From Lama glama (lineage: Eukaryota), in NCBI GenBank assembly GCA_028534125.1, contig CM052816.1, positions 40,736,001-40,800,000 of the forward strand: DNA of 64,000 bases, read 5' to 3'. The notes beneath the pieces are model-generated. The model saw only the letters and a list, made by a program, of their open reading frames with translations, did no database searches and was not told the origin of the DNA. Both the position numbers and the translations under genes were made by a program. Of the stretch, positions 14,290-27,790 are shown one piece after another (the first letter of the stretch is position 1; every line of letters starts with the position of its first letter).

Positions 14290-14725
14290 TGAGAAGAAAT
14301 TAATAATTAATTCATGGACATTAAGGTTGAGATACCTATTCAGTATCTAAGTGGTAATAAAAGAGAGACAGATGAATATGGCAATATAAATAGAGGAGGT
14401 ACTTCTGGTCTGGCTATAGTCCTGAACCATTAGAGTATACATATTATTTATAACCTTCTGAAGGGAAGAAGTTGACTAGGGAATGAGATTAGACGAAAAG
14501 ATTCAGTAAGACTGAACCTTAATTACTCAAAAATGTGAAAGAAGATAATCCAACTTGAGACCAAGAATCATTAACCTAAGAGGCAGGAAGAGAACAGAGA
14601 AGATGGTCATCTGGAAACCTAGTGAAGAAAGTATTTTAAGAAGGAAGGTGTGATCAACAGTGCCAAAGATCCTAAGAAGCAGACTAAAATGATGACTTAG
14701 AATTGGCCATTGGGAGATAAGGAAT
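14290..14725 (-). mobile_element. L2 LINE RT-region fragment
   Basis: Minus ORF 14527-14757 has LLRIFGTVDHTFLLKILSSLGF, resembling L2 RT LDLSAAFDTVDH..LL..LSSLGF. Confidence 0.8.
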
Positions 14726-15218
14726 AACACATCAGTCTGGGTAAGAAGACTCCTCAATGTGGTATTTGCTCACATTGTCAATATTTACCTGAACACACAC
14801 AGTTATAAATAATTTTAGTCTCTAAAATGAAAGGGCCCCATATGTATAAATACAATATATAATATGTATGTAACATATACAGCTAGAAAAATAAAAACAT
14901 CAAAATTGATACATAGAATTAAAACCTGTTGCAACTGCTTAGATTATGCAGTGTTGTGACCAGTCTGATTATCTCTGTACTTTTGAATTAAATATTGCTT
15001 TGGAATATAGTAACACTTGTAGCCCATACTTTGAAGGAAATAAGGAAGCCATAAGCAAAATAACTTTATCAGGTGAACAGCTGTAATGAAGTTTCTTTTC
15101 CATTTTTCATGAGTAAACTCAGATATTAAAATTCAAATTTTTATTTTTTATTATAGTTAGTGGGCTTATGCATTGAATATATTCTATGTCTTCACAGACT
15201 TCATAAATACCAAATTCT

Positions 15219-16395
15219 ATTTTTTCTTTAGTTTTTTCCCAGCCATATTGAGATATAATTGACATATAACACTGTATAAGTTTACAGTGTACAACATGTT
15301 GATTTGATGTATTTATATACATTAGCTAACACCTCCATCCTGGCACATAACTAATGTTTCTTTTTTTGTGGTGAGAACATTTTAAGGTCTATTCTCTCAT
15401 TAACATTCAAGTATATAATATAATATTATTAGCTATACTCATCACACTGTACATTAGCTCCCTAGGACTTAATCTTATTACTAGAAATGTATACTCTTGA
15501 CTAGTATCTCCCATTTCATTAACCCTGTAGCCACCAGTAACCACCACTCTACTGTTTCTCTGAATTTGGCTTTTTTAGATTCCAAGTATAAATGATACTG
15601 TAGTGTTTATCTTTCTCTGTCTGACTTATTTCACTTAGTAGAATGCCCTCATGTTCCATCCAAGTTGGCACAAATGCCAAGATTTCCTCATTATTTTCTT
15701 CTCGTGGGTGAATTATATTCCATTGTGTGTGTGTGTGTGTGTGTTGTGTATGTGTGTGTCTGTCTGTCTGTCTGTTTTATATATATATTTACCAACACTT
15801 AGGCTATGTCCATAACTAGGCTATTGTGAATAATGCTGTAATGACCATGAAAGCACAAATCCTGATTTCAATTCGTTTGAATATATGCCCAGAACTGGAA
15901 TTGCTGGATCATATTGTAGTTCTATTTTTAATTTTTTCAGAAGCCTTCATCCTATTTTCCATAGCGGTGGTGCCAGTTTACATTCCTACCAAGAGTACAC
16001 AAGGATTCGCTTTTCTCCACACTTTTGCCAGTATGTTACTGCCTGTCTTTTGGATGATAGCCATTCTGACAGGTGTGAGATGATCTCATTGTAGTTTTGA
16101 TTAGCATTTCCTTATGGTTAGTGATGTCGAACACCTTTTTATATACCTGTTGTCCATTTCTTTATCCTCTTTGGAAAATTGTTCAGTTCCTCTGCCCAGT
16201 TTTTAAACTGAGTGTGTTTTTGTTTGTTTGTTTGCCATTGAGTTGAGTTCTTTATATATTTGGATATTAACCCCTTATCAGATACATGATTTTCAAAAAT
16301 TCTTTTCTCTTTTGATTTTGTTTATTGTTTATTTTGCTATCCAGATACTTTTTAGTTTTAGTCCCACTTCCTAATGTTTGCTTTTGTTGCTTGTG
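15219..16395 (-). mobile_element. 5'-truncated L1 with 16-bp TSD
   Basis: TSD ataaataccaaattct at 15203-15218 and 16396-16411; decayed poly-T; L1 3' UTR and ORF2 end; internal (TG)n near 15724. Confidence 0.92.
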
Positions 16396-16789
16396 ATAAA
16401 TACCAAATTCTTAATGTATAGATTGAAAAATGTGATAGTTAATAGACTTGAAACATGTAGTGATCAGTATTTGTGCTCTTTAATGTAAAAATAACAAAGG
16501 AAAGCACCATTATAGTGAAAATTTTTCTTTTTGATAATTCATTAAGTGCATATACTTTTAAATTTGTGGAAAAAACATTGTATTTTTTCTTTATCTTTTT
16601 CTAGATTAAGAGTTCTTTGAGGGCAAGAAAATATCTTAGGCAATATCAAATGTTGAACTATTAAAGAGCAAGATAGTTAAAATAAAAAAAAAAATCGTAC
16701 ATCCGCTACCCTGTAAAGTACAGTCTGAGGTTAATGTACAGGAAGATAACTTGGAAATTCTCATATAATCAACACCTACCACAAAGATT

Positions 16790-17111
16790 AAGGCTGAAAT
16801 GTAAGGCCTTCTCAACAAATGCCTCAGTCTGTCCTATAGGGAGTTCTAGAGTTGAGATGGACTCTTCAAATTTATTCTTCATTTAGGTACAGGATCTGGG
16901 TCTTTATACCCAACATTGACAAGATCTGAGATACAGGTTCCCCTTAGGAATGGGGAATGACCTTGGATGAAGCAGCTTTCTACAGCTAAGGAAAAGTCCG
17001 AGAAAGGGATTCAGCTAAGAGCTGCAGACCACCAAAACGCCCAGAAGCCAGGAGAATGAGTGCTTCTCTGCTGAAAAGGGTACCTGGGTGGCTCATCATG
17101 ACATCAACTAC
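16790..17111 (-). mobile_element. LTR16-like LTR of an ERV3-16A3-type ERVL
   Basis: gaccttggatgaagcagctttctacagctaag...cagctaagagctg...ctgggtggctcatcatgacatcaactaca resembles antisense LTR16. Confidence 0.65.
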
Positions 17112-17647
17112 AGCCCATCTCTTAAGGCACCTAGATATACTTGTTTCATATAATGTAATGGTGATTGCTTCTTCAGATTCTGCTGTGCCTTGTTTTCTGG
17201 GATGAAGTTATAAGAGAAATGTTAGTTTACAGTGCCTGACTCTGCAGCTCATCTTGATGGCATAATGGGATGTCATCAGCATCTCCTCTCCCATCCATTC
17301 TAGTTTCTCCATGTAATCAACTAGCACCTATGCTGGTTAAGGTGGCAGAGAACTTCATCCTTCTCTGGCAGGGTGGGAGGGGATTACTCTATTTTCCCAT
17401 TCAAAGTTAAAATTGGTCAAGGGTGTACCAAATGACAACAAGGTAGATCAGCTGGCTTTCCAACTTACTCTTCTCTACCTGCTCCACTATGTGATAGAAG
17501 CCTTACCCTCTCCTGATAATCAGGGCCAGTTTACCCCTGCCAGGATGGAGTCTCTCCCTGCCTGATGGACTCTAGTCATGAGAAGTACAATGTGATTGAG
17601 AGGTTACAATATCTGGAGGTTTAGTGGGAATATTGATTGCTGTGCTG

Positions 17648-19273
17648 CTTTTTTTTTTGGTATATATATATTTTTATTGAAATACAGTCAGTTTACAATA
17701 TTGTGTCAGTTTCTGGTGTACAGCATAATGCTTCAGTCATACATGAACATAAGTATATTTATTTTCATATATTTTTCACCATAAGTTACTGCAAGATATT
17801 GAATATAGTTTCCTGTGCTATACAGTATGAACTTGTTTATCTATTTTATATATAGTGGTTAGTACCTGCAAAACTTGAACTCCCAGTTATCCTTCCCACC
17901 CTCTTCCCACCCCTGTTAACCATAAGTTTGCTTTCAATGTCTGTGAGTCTGTTTCTGTTTTGAAAATAAGTTTGTGTCTTTTTTTTTTTGATTCCACATG
18001 TAAGTGATATCATATGGTATTTTTCTTTCTCTTTCTGGCTTACTTCACTTAGAATGACAATATCCAGGTCCATCCTTGTTGTTGCAAATTACATTATTTC
18101 ATTCTTTTTTATGGCTGATAGTATTCCATTGTCTTAATATACCACAGCTCCTTTATCCAGTCATCTGTTGATGGACATTCAGGTTGTTTCCATGTCTTGG
18201 CTATTGTAAATAGTGCTGCTGTGAACATTGGGGTGTATGTATCTTTCTGAACTAAGGCCCCCTGTGGATATATACCCAGCAATGGGATTGCTGGATCATA
18301 TGGTAAGTCTGTTTTTAGACTTAAAAGGAGGAATCTCCATACTGTTTTCAATAATGGCTGCACCAAATTACATTCTGACCGATAGTGTAGCACAGTTCCC
18401 TTTTCTCCACACCCTCTCCGGCGTTTTTTGTTTGTGGATTTTTGAATGATGGCCATTCTGACTGGTGTGAGATGATACTTCATTTTGGTTTGATTTGCAT
18501 TTCTCTGGTAATTAGCGATATTGAGCATTTTTCATGTGCCTATTGGCCATTTGTATGTCTTCACTGGAGAATTGCTTGTCTAGGTCTGCCCATTTTTGGA
18601 TTAGTTTGTTTGTTTTTTTCTTAAGTTGTATAGGCTGTTTATATATTCTGGAGATTAAGCCCTTGTCAGTCTCATCTTTTGCAAATATTTCTCCCATACT
18701 GTATGTTGTCTTTTTGTTTTGCTTATGTTTTCTTTTGTTGTGCAAAAGCTTATAAGTTTAATTAAGTCCCATTTGTGTATATTTGCTTTTATTTCTTGCC
18801 TGGGTAGGCTGCCCTAAGAGGACATTGCTGAGATTTATGTCAGAGAATGTTTTGCCTATATTTTCTTCTAAGAGGTTTATAGTGTCTTATCTTATGTTTA
18901 AGTCTTTAAGCCATTTTGAGTATATTTTGTGTCTGGTGTGAAGGAGTTTCTAACTTCATTGATTTACATGCAGCTGTCCAGTTATCCCAACACCATTTGC
19001 TGAAGAGTCTGTCTTTACTCCATTTTATGTTCTTGCCTCCTTTGTCAAAGATTAATTGACCAAAAGTTTATGGGTTTATTTCTAGGCTCTCTATTCTGTT
19101 CCTTTGATCCATATGTCTGTTTTTTGTACTAATACCATGCTGTTTTGATTATTTTAGCTCTGTGGTGTTGTCTGAAGTCTGGGAGGGTTATTCCTCCAGC
19201 TTCATTCTTTTTCTTAAGTACTGCATTGGCAATTCTGGGTCTTTTGTGATGCAATATAAATTTTAGGATTATT
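17648..19273 (-). mobile_element. 5'-truncated young L1 (camelid-type)
   Basis: Poly-T at ~17649; ORF 18109-18528 [14 protein letters not shown]...DLPYDPAIPLLGIYP...[17 protein letters not shown]; degenerate TSD gaatattg(a/gt)ttgct on both sides. Confidence 0.93.
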
Positions 19274-20244
19274 GAATATTGGTTTGCTTCTTGATTTAGT
19301 ATACCTCCTCCGGGGCACAGGACCATTAAACCCAAAGAGCCCAGATTTGCAGAGATAGAAAGCACACATTTCCTAAGTATGTTATAGAAGTCAAGGTAAA
19401 CAGAGCCACTGTTAATTTCACTTCTTGATTTCTCAAACTAATATAATTTACTAATTGGAGACACCTCACAACATAATGGCAATTGTTTTGTGGCATGCGG
19501 AAGGATTACTCCTCATCATCACAGGGAACCATCTTCAAGATGACACTTGAATTGTGTATTCATTGGGCCATTCCATTTCTCTATCAAGCTTGCAGCTTCG
19601 GGATGGCATGATACGCAGCAGGATTAGTGGATCCTATAGGAATGTGCTCATTACTGCCACATAGCCTTTGATCTTTTGTTTGTCCCTCGGCCTGATACAG
19701 TATCAGCAGATCAGATACTCTGTAATTATTTAGATAGTCTTTTTACCCTAATACATAACAAGCAGAAAAAGAAGCCCCATATGAGAATATAGGTTTATTC
19801 TAGTAATGACAAAATGCTTTCCTTTTCATGATATAGGAGTCCAGTGTAATTAACTTGACACCAGATGGCTTGTTAGTTTCTTCAGTAAGTGGTGCTATAT
19901 CAGGGACTGAGGGTTAGTCCCTGCTGCTGTGAGATCAGGCAGTCAACAGAAGCAATGGCTACACAGCCTCCATCCTTGCCAGGGTAGCAATTGTGACAAT
20001 ACTGGAGTGGACATGAAAGTGACTGGGTTGACATCAACTGTCTGGGTGATCTTGTGTACTTTGTTGTTAGTGCTTTCTCTAATGAATACTTTTTAAGTGG
20101 GTGTTAACCTGCAGTAAGAATGTTTTCATACTTACTGCCATTCCCATCGGTCCTTGAACGTGCCTTCTTCTCAGATCTTCATGTCTCTAATCGTCCACCC
20201 CTTCTCCCTCTAGACTTCTCTCTCACTAGCCAAACTGACCGCCA

Positions 20245-20600
20245 TTTGTTTGTTAGGGCTGCTGTGATACCACAGACTGAGTGGCTTATACAGCAGAAGT
20301 TTATTTCCTCTCTGTTCTAACGGTCCAAATCAAGGTGTTGTTCGGTTTAGCTTCTCCTGAGGCCTCTTTCCTTCTTACTGTGTCCTTACATGACCTTTCC
20401 TGTGTGTGCCCGTCTCTGATGTCCCTTCCTCTTCATATAAGGATGCAAGTCATACTGGATTAGGACCCAACTTTGAGGGCCTCATTTTAAGTTAATGACA
20501 TTTTTGAAGACTTTACCTACAAATATGGTAACATTCCAAAGTACTGGGGGTTGGAAATTCAACAAGTGCATTTCGAGGGGACATAATTCAGCCCATAACA
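20245..20600 (-). mobile_element. MLT1A/B-like MaLR solo LTR
   Basis: gttagggctgctgtgataccacagactgagtggctta...gaggggacataattcagcccataaca, the canonical antisense MLT1 ends. Confidence 0.85.
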
Positions 20601-23600
20601 CCAATGTCTGTGAGATTAAATACAGGTTAACCACAGGCTACTCTTCTATCCACTCAAAGTGAATAAGTAGGTACAAAATGCAGAGTTCTTTCCATCAGGA
20701 CATTTATTCACCAGTCTCTTTTAAGCCACCCTTAAAGGGTGCCATAGCACAGCCATTAACCAATTTCAGTTTGCACCCACAGGTTTTTACAAGTCATCTT
20801 GAACCAAAACTTGAACCTACCTTAAACCAAACTTGAACTTCACCATCCTCTATCAGCTGTCCATATGGCATGCTTGTGGTCATAGGTGTGAACTGAAAAA
20901 GAGGCTGTGACAAAACACTTGTGGATGATTGGAAATCTGGGCCAACTGTACATGCAGCTTGCATTTACTTTCTGGCTTTGCTTGTTCCTGATCCCAGATA
21001 AGTGAGCTGTCTCAAGATGCGTTGCTGTCGGGTCCACCCCGACTTAGAATTTGGTGGGTCTGCACCACCTGGCTCATGATGAGCCGTCACAGCCACAGAG
21101 TCACTTGATGTTCCGTGGTCAGAGAATTATCCTAACAAGTTCATTCAAAGTCATTGGTCTGTCATACTGCTCTTAGCCAAGGCAGTTTTCTGTTTTCTTG
21201 TGCTGCCTCATGCTTGTAGCTCTTCCTTTAAACACACCCATCACTTGAACACGTCTGCTTCCTTGGTGTTAATTCCCCTTTTAAAACATGCCAGAAGAGG
21301 CCATGACTTGTTTCCTTTTGCTTTAATCTAGAAATGATTTATGATATGATTCAAACTCCTTCAAAGACAAAGGTAATGATATGTTTTCCTAAGGTTACTT
21401 TCCAATGTGTTGAGTCACACCTGTCACGATTTTGTTTTATGATTGATTTACTAGTCATTATGAGAAAATGTTAAGGATCCTCTTGTATTATTAAGTCACA
21501 AATAAACTGCATAACTTTTAGCATGATTGCAAGGCTAAATCAGCCTCGGGTTGATTCATTAGACTTTGAAGCTAAGAATCTTATGTGAGGAAATAAACTG
21601 AACAGCTGCTTGGTGTTGACTTACAACCGTGTAAGAAGCTGAATAGTTGTTGGCCTTTGAGATTAGCATTTAATCTTCAGCAAGGAATTTCAATGCATGT
21701 ATCTTCTTGGGAGAAGTCCACAGCTGTGAAACATGAAAAGTAGAGTACCTCCCATGGATAAATAATCCTGATAAGAAGATTTTTCTCCTACTTGAGACTT
21801 TTAGTATTTGAATGTATTTACCTGATCATGCTGCACCCGGGTGCCTCAATCAGGGAAATGAAAGCAGAGCTCACTTATGGCAGAGGGCTAGATAAAAATT
21901 GCCAGCAGCAAAAAGATCTCTTGGAATTGAGTTATCAAGGAAATACTCTTAAATAAAGCAAAGTGTGGTTCATAATGGAATAAGTCATCTTCACTCTTTT
22001 AGTAAAGAGTGACTGGTCATGGAGGATGAATGAGCTCTCAGCCTAACCAGTGGTAGCTACTCCCTGGACCCTCATAACCAGTTGGTAGTGCCTGCATGCC
22101 GTCTAGCCATATGTCCTGGTACCTTTAAGAGTTTTGTATCTAATTAAAAAAAGAAAACTAGGATAAATATACTAGGATAAAATTAGATGGAAGGAAGAAA
22201 GAGATACCTGAGATTTGGAGAATGAGGTTGCCAATTTTGGTGACCTGATTTCAAAAGCATTAAGTTGAGAAAGTTAGAATCAAGTTAATACCATTACAGA
22301 ACACACATTTCCATCCCTGTAAAGATATACTTATTCTCACATTGCAATTTCCTTTTGGAAACAATAGCTACAAAGGGACATGATTTTTACTGTCCACCCT
22401 TTCTTATCTAAGTTTAGAGTTCTCCTACAGTTGGCAAGGAGAAAAGGTGAAGGGAAGGGAGCAGGTACAGCTCTGTGGACACATGGAACATAGGCCAGTT
22501 CACACTGAAACAGAGCCACAGGAAACTACTGGTGGACACTGACTCTGATGTTTCAACAAAGAAAGGAAAACAGACACAGTATATGTCTTTAGCAAAACCT
22601 ACTGATTTTGCTTTCATTTTTTGTGTATAATGTAATCCTGGAAATATATTTAATATGCAAAATTCAGCTGATTGGTTTATGCATGAAGAGAAACTGTTAC
22701 AAAAATCTTTAAAAACGTGTAATTTTAAGTTTCACTTTCTCTGATGGACATAATAGTTGATAACATATTTCTAGGGTTTAAGTGTATATTATTTAATTTT
22801 GTTCTTTTTACTTACAATTGTATACACTTGTAATAGACATCTAATGTGTATTCAGTGATTTGATAGCATTAGCGGGTCTTACTGCTGCCAGTATTCCCTT
22901 AATTATGCTAAGTATATGAGACATGCACTAAACTATTTTTGTCACGGTAACTTTTATAACATTTTATACAATAATGGATGGAATTTAAACATTTTTAATC
23001 TTCATATAAATTTTTATCATATAGAAAGGAGGCCATGATCATGATTAAAAAAAACCAAAAACCTATGACCTAGCAAAGTATCACATATGACAGCTAGAAG
23101 TATTTGCTGATCAGCTGAAATAGAGATGTCTGAATTCATCTGGTGGACTGATGTCTTCAGTGTATAATGAAGAGAAGGAGGAGTTTTCAAAAGATGATAA
23201 AAGTAAACCTAAGTAACAATGGAAATTTCTAGCTTATTTTCTTAGGGGAGAATTCAAAGAGTAAGGAAAAGAAAAAGAAATGAACTAAATAACATCCAAG
23301 TATAGATATCTATAAGTAAACATCTCCTATATAAAAAGGGACATTAAATTATATGCACATATTTGATGAATATTTATTGTAGGAAACAAGAAATTTGAAA
23401 CATACTACAACATATTTGCACATTTTCAAGAATTTTTTTTAATGGATTTAGACTGAAATAAAAGCGACCTGGAAGAGTTAATTCAGAAATTATTAATAGT
23501 TATGCCAATAATTATTATGCCAATACAGTGCCACTGGAAAAGTTTAAACATGATTTTAAACAGTAAAAACTAGACTGTGTTTTGCAAAACAAATTTTGTA

Positions 23601-24213
23601 AAGTTTGAGAGCAACAAGAATAGTTTATAAAAGGAAAGAACATCTCAAAGAAATACGAGCATGTTATGTTTAAATCAATGACTATAACAAACCAATCAAC
23701 TACAACAAAAACGGAAGAGAGAGAAGTCAGTACATTCTAAGGATGGAAAAAGAAACCCACAGCATGGATGACTGGCATTCCTGAAAAAGAGCACATAATA
23801 TAGGGAACAAAAATATTACTGATATATAATAGTCTTTAAAAAAAGAAAATAAAACCTCATTAAAAAAAATTACTAAAAAGCATCCAACTCCCATGAAGTC
23901 GACGTCGAATTTAAATTTAATCGATGATGAAGTCTACAGAAACCCAGTAAACTTAAAATAATTCAACTTTTTTCCTACATTTGCTCCAAAAATTTGAACA
24001 CATGAAGGCAGTGAACATGTAAAGTTTTAACTTGTAAATTCTATACCTATCCATATTAGGTTTTTATTTATATTTACAATAGAAATAAATTCTCAGGTTT
24101 CTACATGAACATAAAACTTATATAATACATGAATACATTTTTCCTGTAAAAAGTGGAACACATAAACTGGTAAACCGTAAGATGTTAAAAGGAGAATAAT
24201 GTCTATATACTAA

Positions 24214-24679
24214 TGTCGACTGAAAAAAAAATGCACAACGTGAAAGCTGAGAATTATGTTTTATTTGGTAGACTTGCTGAGGACTGAAGCCCAGAAGACA
24301 GCCTCTTGTAGAGCTCTGAGGGACTGCTCTGAAGAGGTAAGGGAGGAGCCAGGATACATAGAGTTTTTGCAAAAAAACAAACAAAATTAACAACAACAAC
24401 AACAACAACAACAACAAAAACCCAGATAGAACATGAAAACATTACTGTTAAGAAAAACCCAGCATCTCAAGTTAATGAATTTAGTGCAGATGCAAGAGTC
24501 TGGGCTTACTGAAATCACCTCTTTTATATGTAAGTACCTTAACTATCTAGAACCAGAATACTGCTTTTCTCCATCCTGAACCCCCTCAGTGTGTGTAGCT
24601 GGGGGTGGCTGCAATGCTGACGACTTGATGGCCACAGCATCCTTTGTTTACTGGTATGGCAGGACATTCTTCACCCACA
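24214..24679 (-). mobile_element. ERV1 solo LTR, MER41-like (cetartiodactyl type)
   Basis: TG...CA termini; 4-bp TSD ctaa at 24210-24213 and 24680-24683; minus-strand AATAAA; internal (CAA)n near 24389-24417; homologous to the LTR at 40697. Confidence 0.85.
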
Positions 24680-25864
24680 CTAACCTATATGGTTATAAGA
24701 CAGAATAAAATACTATTTTTAAAATATAGAAACATAATATAAAAACTATCAATTCAAATCTAAAATATGTGTTAGCAGTTTCAGTTTAGAAACTATGATA
24801 AACAACAGCAAAAAAAACTTAGAGATAAAAAATCAAGACTTGTTGAGGAACAAAAAGGTCACTGATAACAATAAAAATAGTGAAATAGGCTGGTTCCCAG
24901 AAGTCTCCCCCAAATCAGCCAAAAACAAAAATAGCATTAGAAACATCATTTTCTTAGTGGTTAAGAGCATAACCTCTACCATTTACTAACAATATAATCT
25001 TGGATTAGTCACTTGGTAAACTGATGAAAAATACATACCTTGGAATAATGCACACTGTGATACAGATCTAAGTGATTTAGGGCAGAGGCAGCTACAATGT
25101 GCTTTTGAATGAGGAAAAGTAATTTAAAGAGCAGTAACTTTGCTATGAATATACTTATATAGAAATAAATTTGTGTGATATTTGAATGAGCTAGAGGAAA
25201 GTAACAACATTTCATTCAAAAGCAAGTTTTCTTGCAGAGTACATTAGATGGAAGAGAAGATGGGGAATGTCAGTAATATTGACAAACTATACAAAGGAAA
25301 ACATCTTTAGATTATTATCTTTAATCATGAAAATGACTTTCTTCTGCTGAACGAGTAATTTTGAAGCTACATTAAAAAATTTAGCTCTTTGATAGTAGTA
25401 TTTATAATGCCAGTTAGATTTAAAGGAAGGTTTCCCATTTAAAGGAGTGTTCTCTAGGAAACAAGGTGTGTTTGTTAGAGGATACCTGATAGCAACTCCT
25501 ACGCTGTTCTTGGCTTTCCAGATGTGGGTCCTTAAAGAAAAAGCAAAGGAAAAATGTTACAAAGAGCAAACACTGCTGGAAGGCAATGAAAAAGCAAAGA
25601 AACCACATTTGACATCAAGAAGATACATGGGAGACTTTGCTGATGGGCTAAGGAGATAGTCATAGAAAACAGAAGGATGTACAGCCAAGCTGTACTTATC
25701 TTAGTGTTTCAATGAAAATAATTTAAACCTGATGACATACAAACAGAGGTCGACAGTTGTGTTTCAGTGTGCAAAACAAATACCATCAGAGGTAAAGTGC
25801 TGTGGTTTAAACAAAGGGTAGACATGCCTCCTGGCTCTGCCTCAGGCTCGTGAGTTCTCAGCTC

Positions 25865-25881
25865 AGTTGCCATAGGCAACT
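25865..25881. promoter_or_regulatory. Palindromic RFX X-box motif
   Basis: aGTTGCC-ATA-GGCAACt has perfect 7-bp arms and fits GTNRCC-N0-3-RGYAAC; lies in unique sequence; function untested. Confidence 0.45.
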
Positions 25882-26007
25882 CCATCAACAGTCTAAGAAC
25901 CTAGCTTTAAAAATAGAAGTTCCAAGAAAGACCTTTATCTCACCACCAGGACAGAATATCAAGAGGTAAATGAAGTTCTGGTTTAAACAATACACACACA
26001 AAAAAAC

Positions 26008-26442
26008 CCTGGATTATCATATTAAGTGAAGTAAATCAGAGAAAAGAAATATCACATGATACCATTTATATGTGGATCTAAAAACAATTGGTACAAATGA
26101 ACTTATTTACAAATCAGGAATAGACTCACAGACATAGAAAACAAACTATGGTTACCAAAGTGGGGAAAAGGAGGCAGGGGAGGGATAAATTAGAATTTGA
26201 GGATTAACATATATGCACTATTATATATAAAATAATAAACAACAAGGACCTACTGTATAGCAATAGAACAGGGAACTATATTCAATATCTTATAATAATC
26301 TATAATGGAAAAGAATCTGAAAAAGAATATACATATATATGGGTGTGTATATGTATATGACTGAATCACTTTACTGTACACCTGAAACTAACACAACATT
26401 GTAAATCAGCTTTACTTCAATTTAAAAAAATTAAAAAAAAAA
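26008..26442 (+). mobile_element. L1 3' UTR fragment (cetartiodactyl type)
   Basis: taagtgaagtaaatcag...aaacaacaaggacctactgtatagca...acacaacattgtaaatcagc followed by an A-tail. Confidence 0.88.
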
Positions 26443-26689
26443 CAGTTGAGTTAGTCTAAAATGCAAATTGCTTTAAGGCTAATATTTTTAAAGACACTAA
26501 AAATTTCATTACCTCCAATATTCTCAAAGAGTAAAATTTCATTAATGTAGGTATTGTAGAATATGTAACTCTTTTTCTCTAATTTTGGCTTTTCTATCAT
26601 CCCTCTTTCAACAAATTATTAGCTCTCATTGTGGTCATTTCCTACATTACAGCATTACAGGTACTAAGATATATTATAGTGCTCTTAAC

Positions 26690-26850
26690 TAATGCTCTTA
26701 ATATCTTTTGAATCATGAATTTCTTTAAAGTTTGATAACTGATGAATCTGGCTCTCCATTTAAAAAATGCACATGCATGCATAAAATATGCAAATAATAT
26801 CAGGGCATTTATGGACCCCTTGCAGTCAAAATTTAAAGTCTATTTTCTAA
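26690..26850. mobile_element. MER103-like hAT-Charlie MITE remnant
   Basis: ctctcc...aaaaaatgcacatg...aaaatatgcaaataatatcagggcatttatggacccc resembles MER103C. Confidence 0.5.
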
Positions 26851-27153
26851 AATATATTTAAACACATATTTCCTTGTTCTGGATTCAACATCACACACAC
26901 ACTACAGCAGAGGAGGCTTGCTTAGTGATTGAGTGAGCAGTGAATAGAGCACGCACAACTTCTTGACTGGAAGGACCATCAAACAGGGGTGACTCAACAT
27001 GAATAACGGATGGACATTTTTCTCTTTGATTTCTGTTAGTTCTCAAGGAACAGAAACACCAAATCAAGCAGATTCCAAGATCCTATAGTCTGAGACTAGA
27101 ACACTAAAGACAAAATAGAAAAGGGGAAAAAAACCCAAAAACCTTATTTAGAG

Positions 27154-27485
27154 CCAGGGTCAGCAAACTAAAGCCCACGCACAGACCAGATCCAGCCCAC
27201 TGCCTGTTTCTTAGCTAGGATTATTTTTTTACGTATTTAAATAGCTTAAAACATTTTAAAAAGACTAATATTCTATGTGAAATTATGTGAAATTCAAATT
27301 TCAGTGTCTGTTGAACAATTTTACTGGAACACAGCCAAGCTCATCTGTTCACATGTTATTTGTGGTTGCCGTTGCTCTAGGATGGCAGAGTTGAGTTGTT
27401 GTGATAAAGACCATATTGGCCTGGAAAACTAATGTATTCATTATCTGGCCCTTTCCCAGAAAAAAAAAAGAACTGCTGAACTCTG
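27154..27485. mobile_element. MER58B-like hAT-Charlie DNA transposon
   Basis: Termini cagggtcagcaaac / tgctgaactctg; perfect 8-bp TSD atttagag at 27146-27153 and 27486-27493. Confidence 0.9.
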
Positions 27486-27737
27486 ATTTAGAGTATGTGG
27501 ACAGTTAGCTAATAGCAGGATCTGAATTAAAACGGTAGGTATCTACACAAAGCGGGAGGCAAAGCGCACCCTTATTTTCAATCCTACACTCCCTTTGAAG
27601 CATGGGGAATGATTGCCTTGCTTCTGTCTGTGTCTTAAGAAAAATAGTCACTGAATATTCTTCATTTCATATGGAAGCATATGGTTTCTGAATTTATTAT
27701 ATTTTTGGAATATGAAAGGTTACTCTTAGAAAGTTCA

Positions 27738-27790
27738 TTCTCCTTAGGTACTTCACTGTGTATCTTCTCCTTAGGTACTTCACTGCGTAC
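27738..27790. repeat. 27-bp tandem duplication
   Basis: ttctccttaggtacttcactg(t/c)gta occurs twice, head to tail. Confidence 0.9.

Larger units (their letters stand above)
17112..21200 (-). mobile_element. ERV3-16A3-like ERVL internal region, split by L1 (17648-19273) and MLT1 (20245-20600)
   Basis: Continues directly from the LTR16-like LTR; caggaccattaaacccaaagagcccagatttgcagagatagaaagcaca resumes after the L1; pol-like remnants out to ~21150. Confidence 0.6.

Noticed and set aside
5563..19365. Longer ORFs such as 5563-6003, 10413-10754 and 18109-18528 as genes
   Set aside because: They are frameshifted L1 ORF2 C-terminal remnants or their antisense frames inside truncated L1 copies
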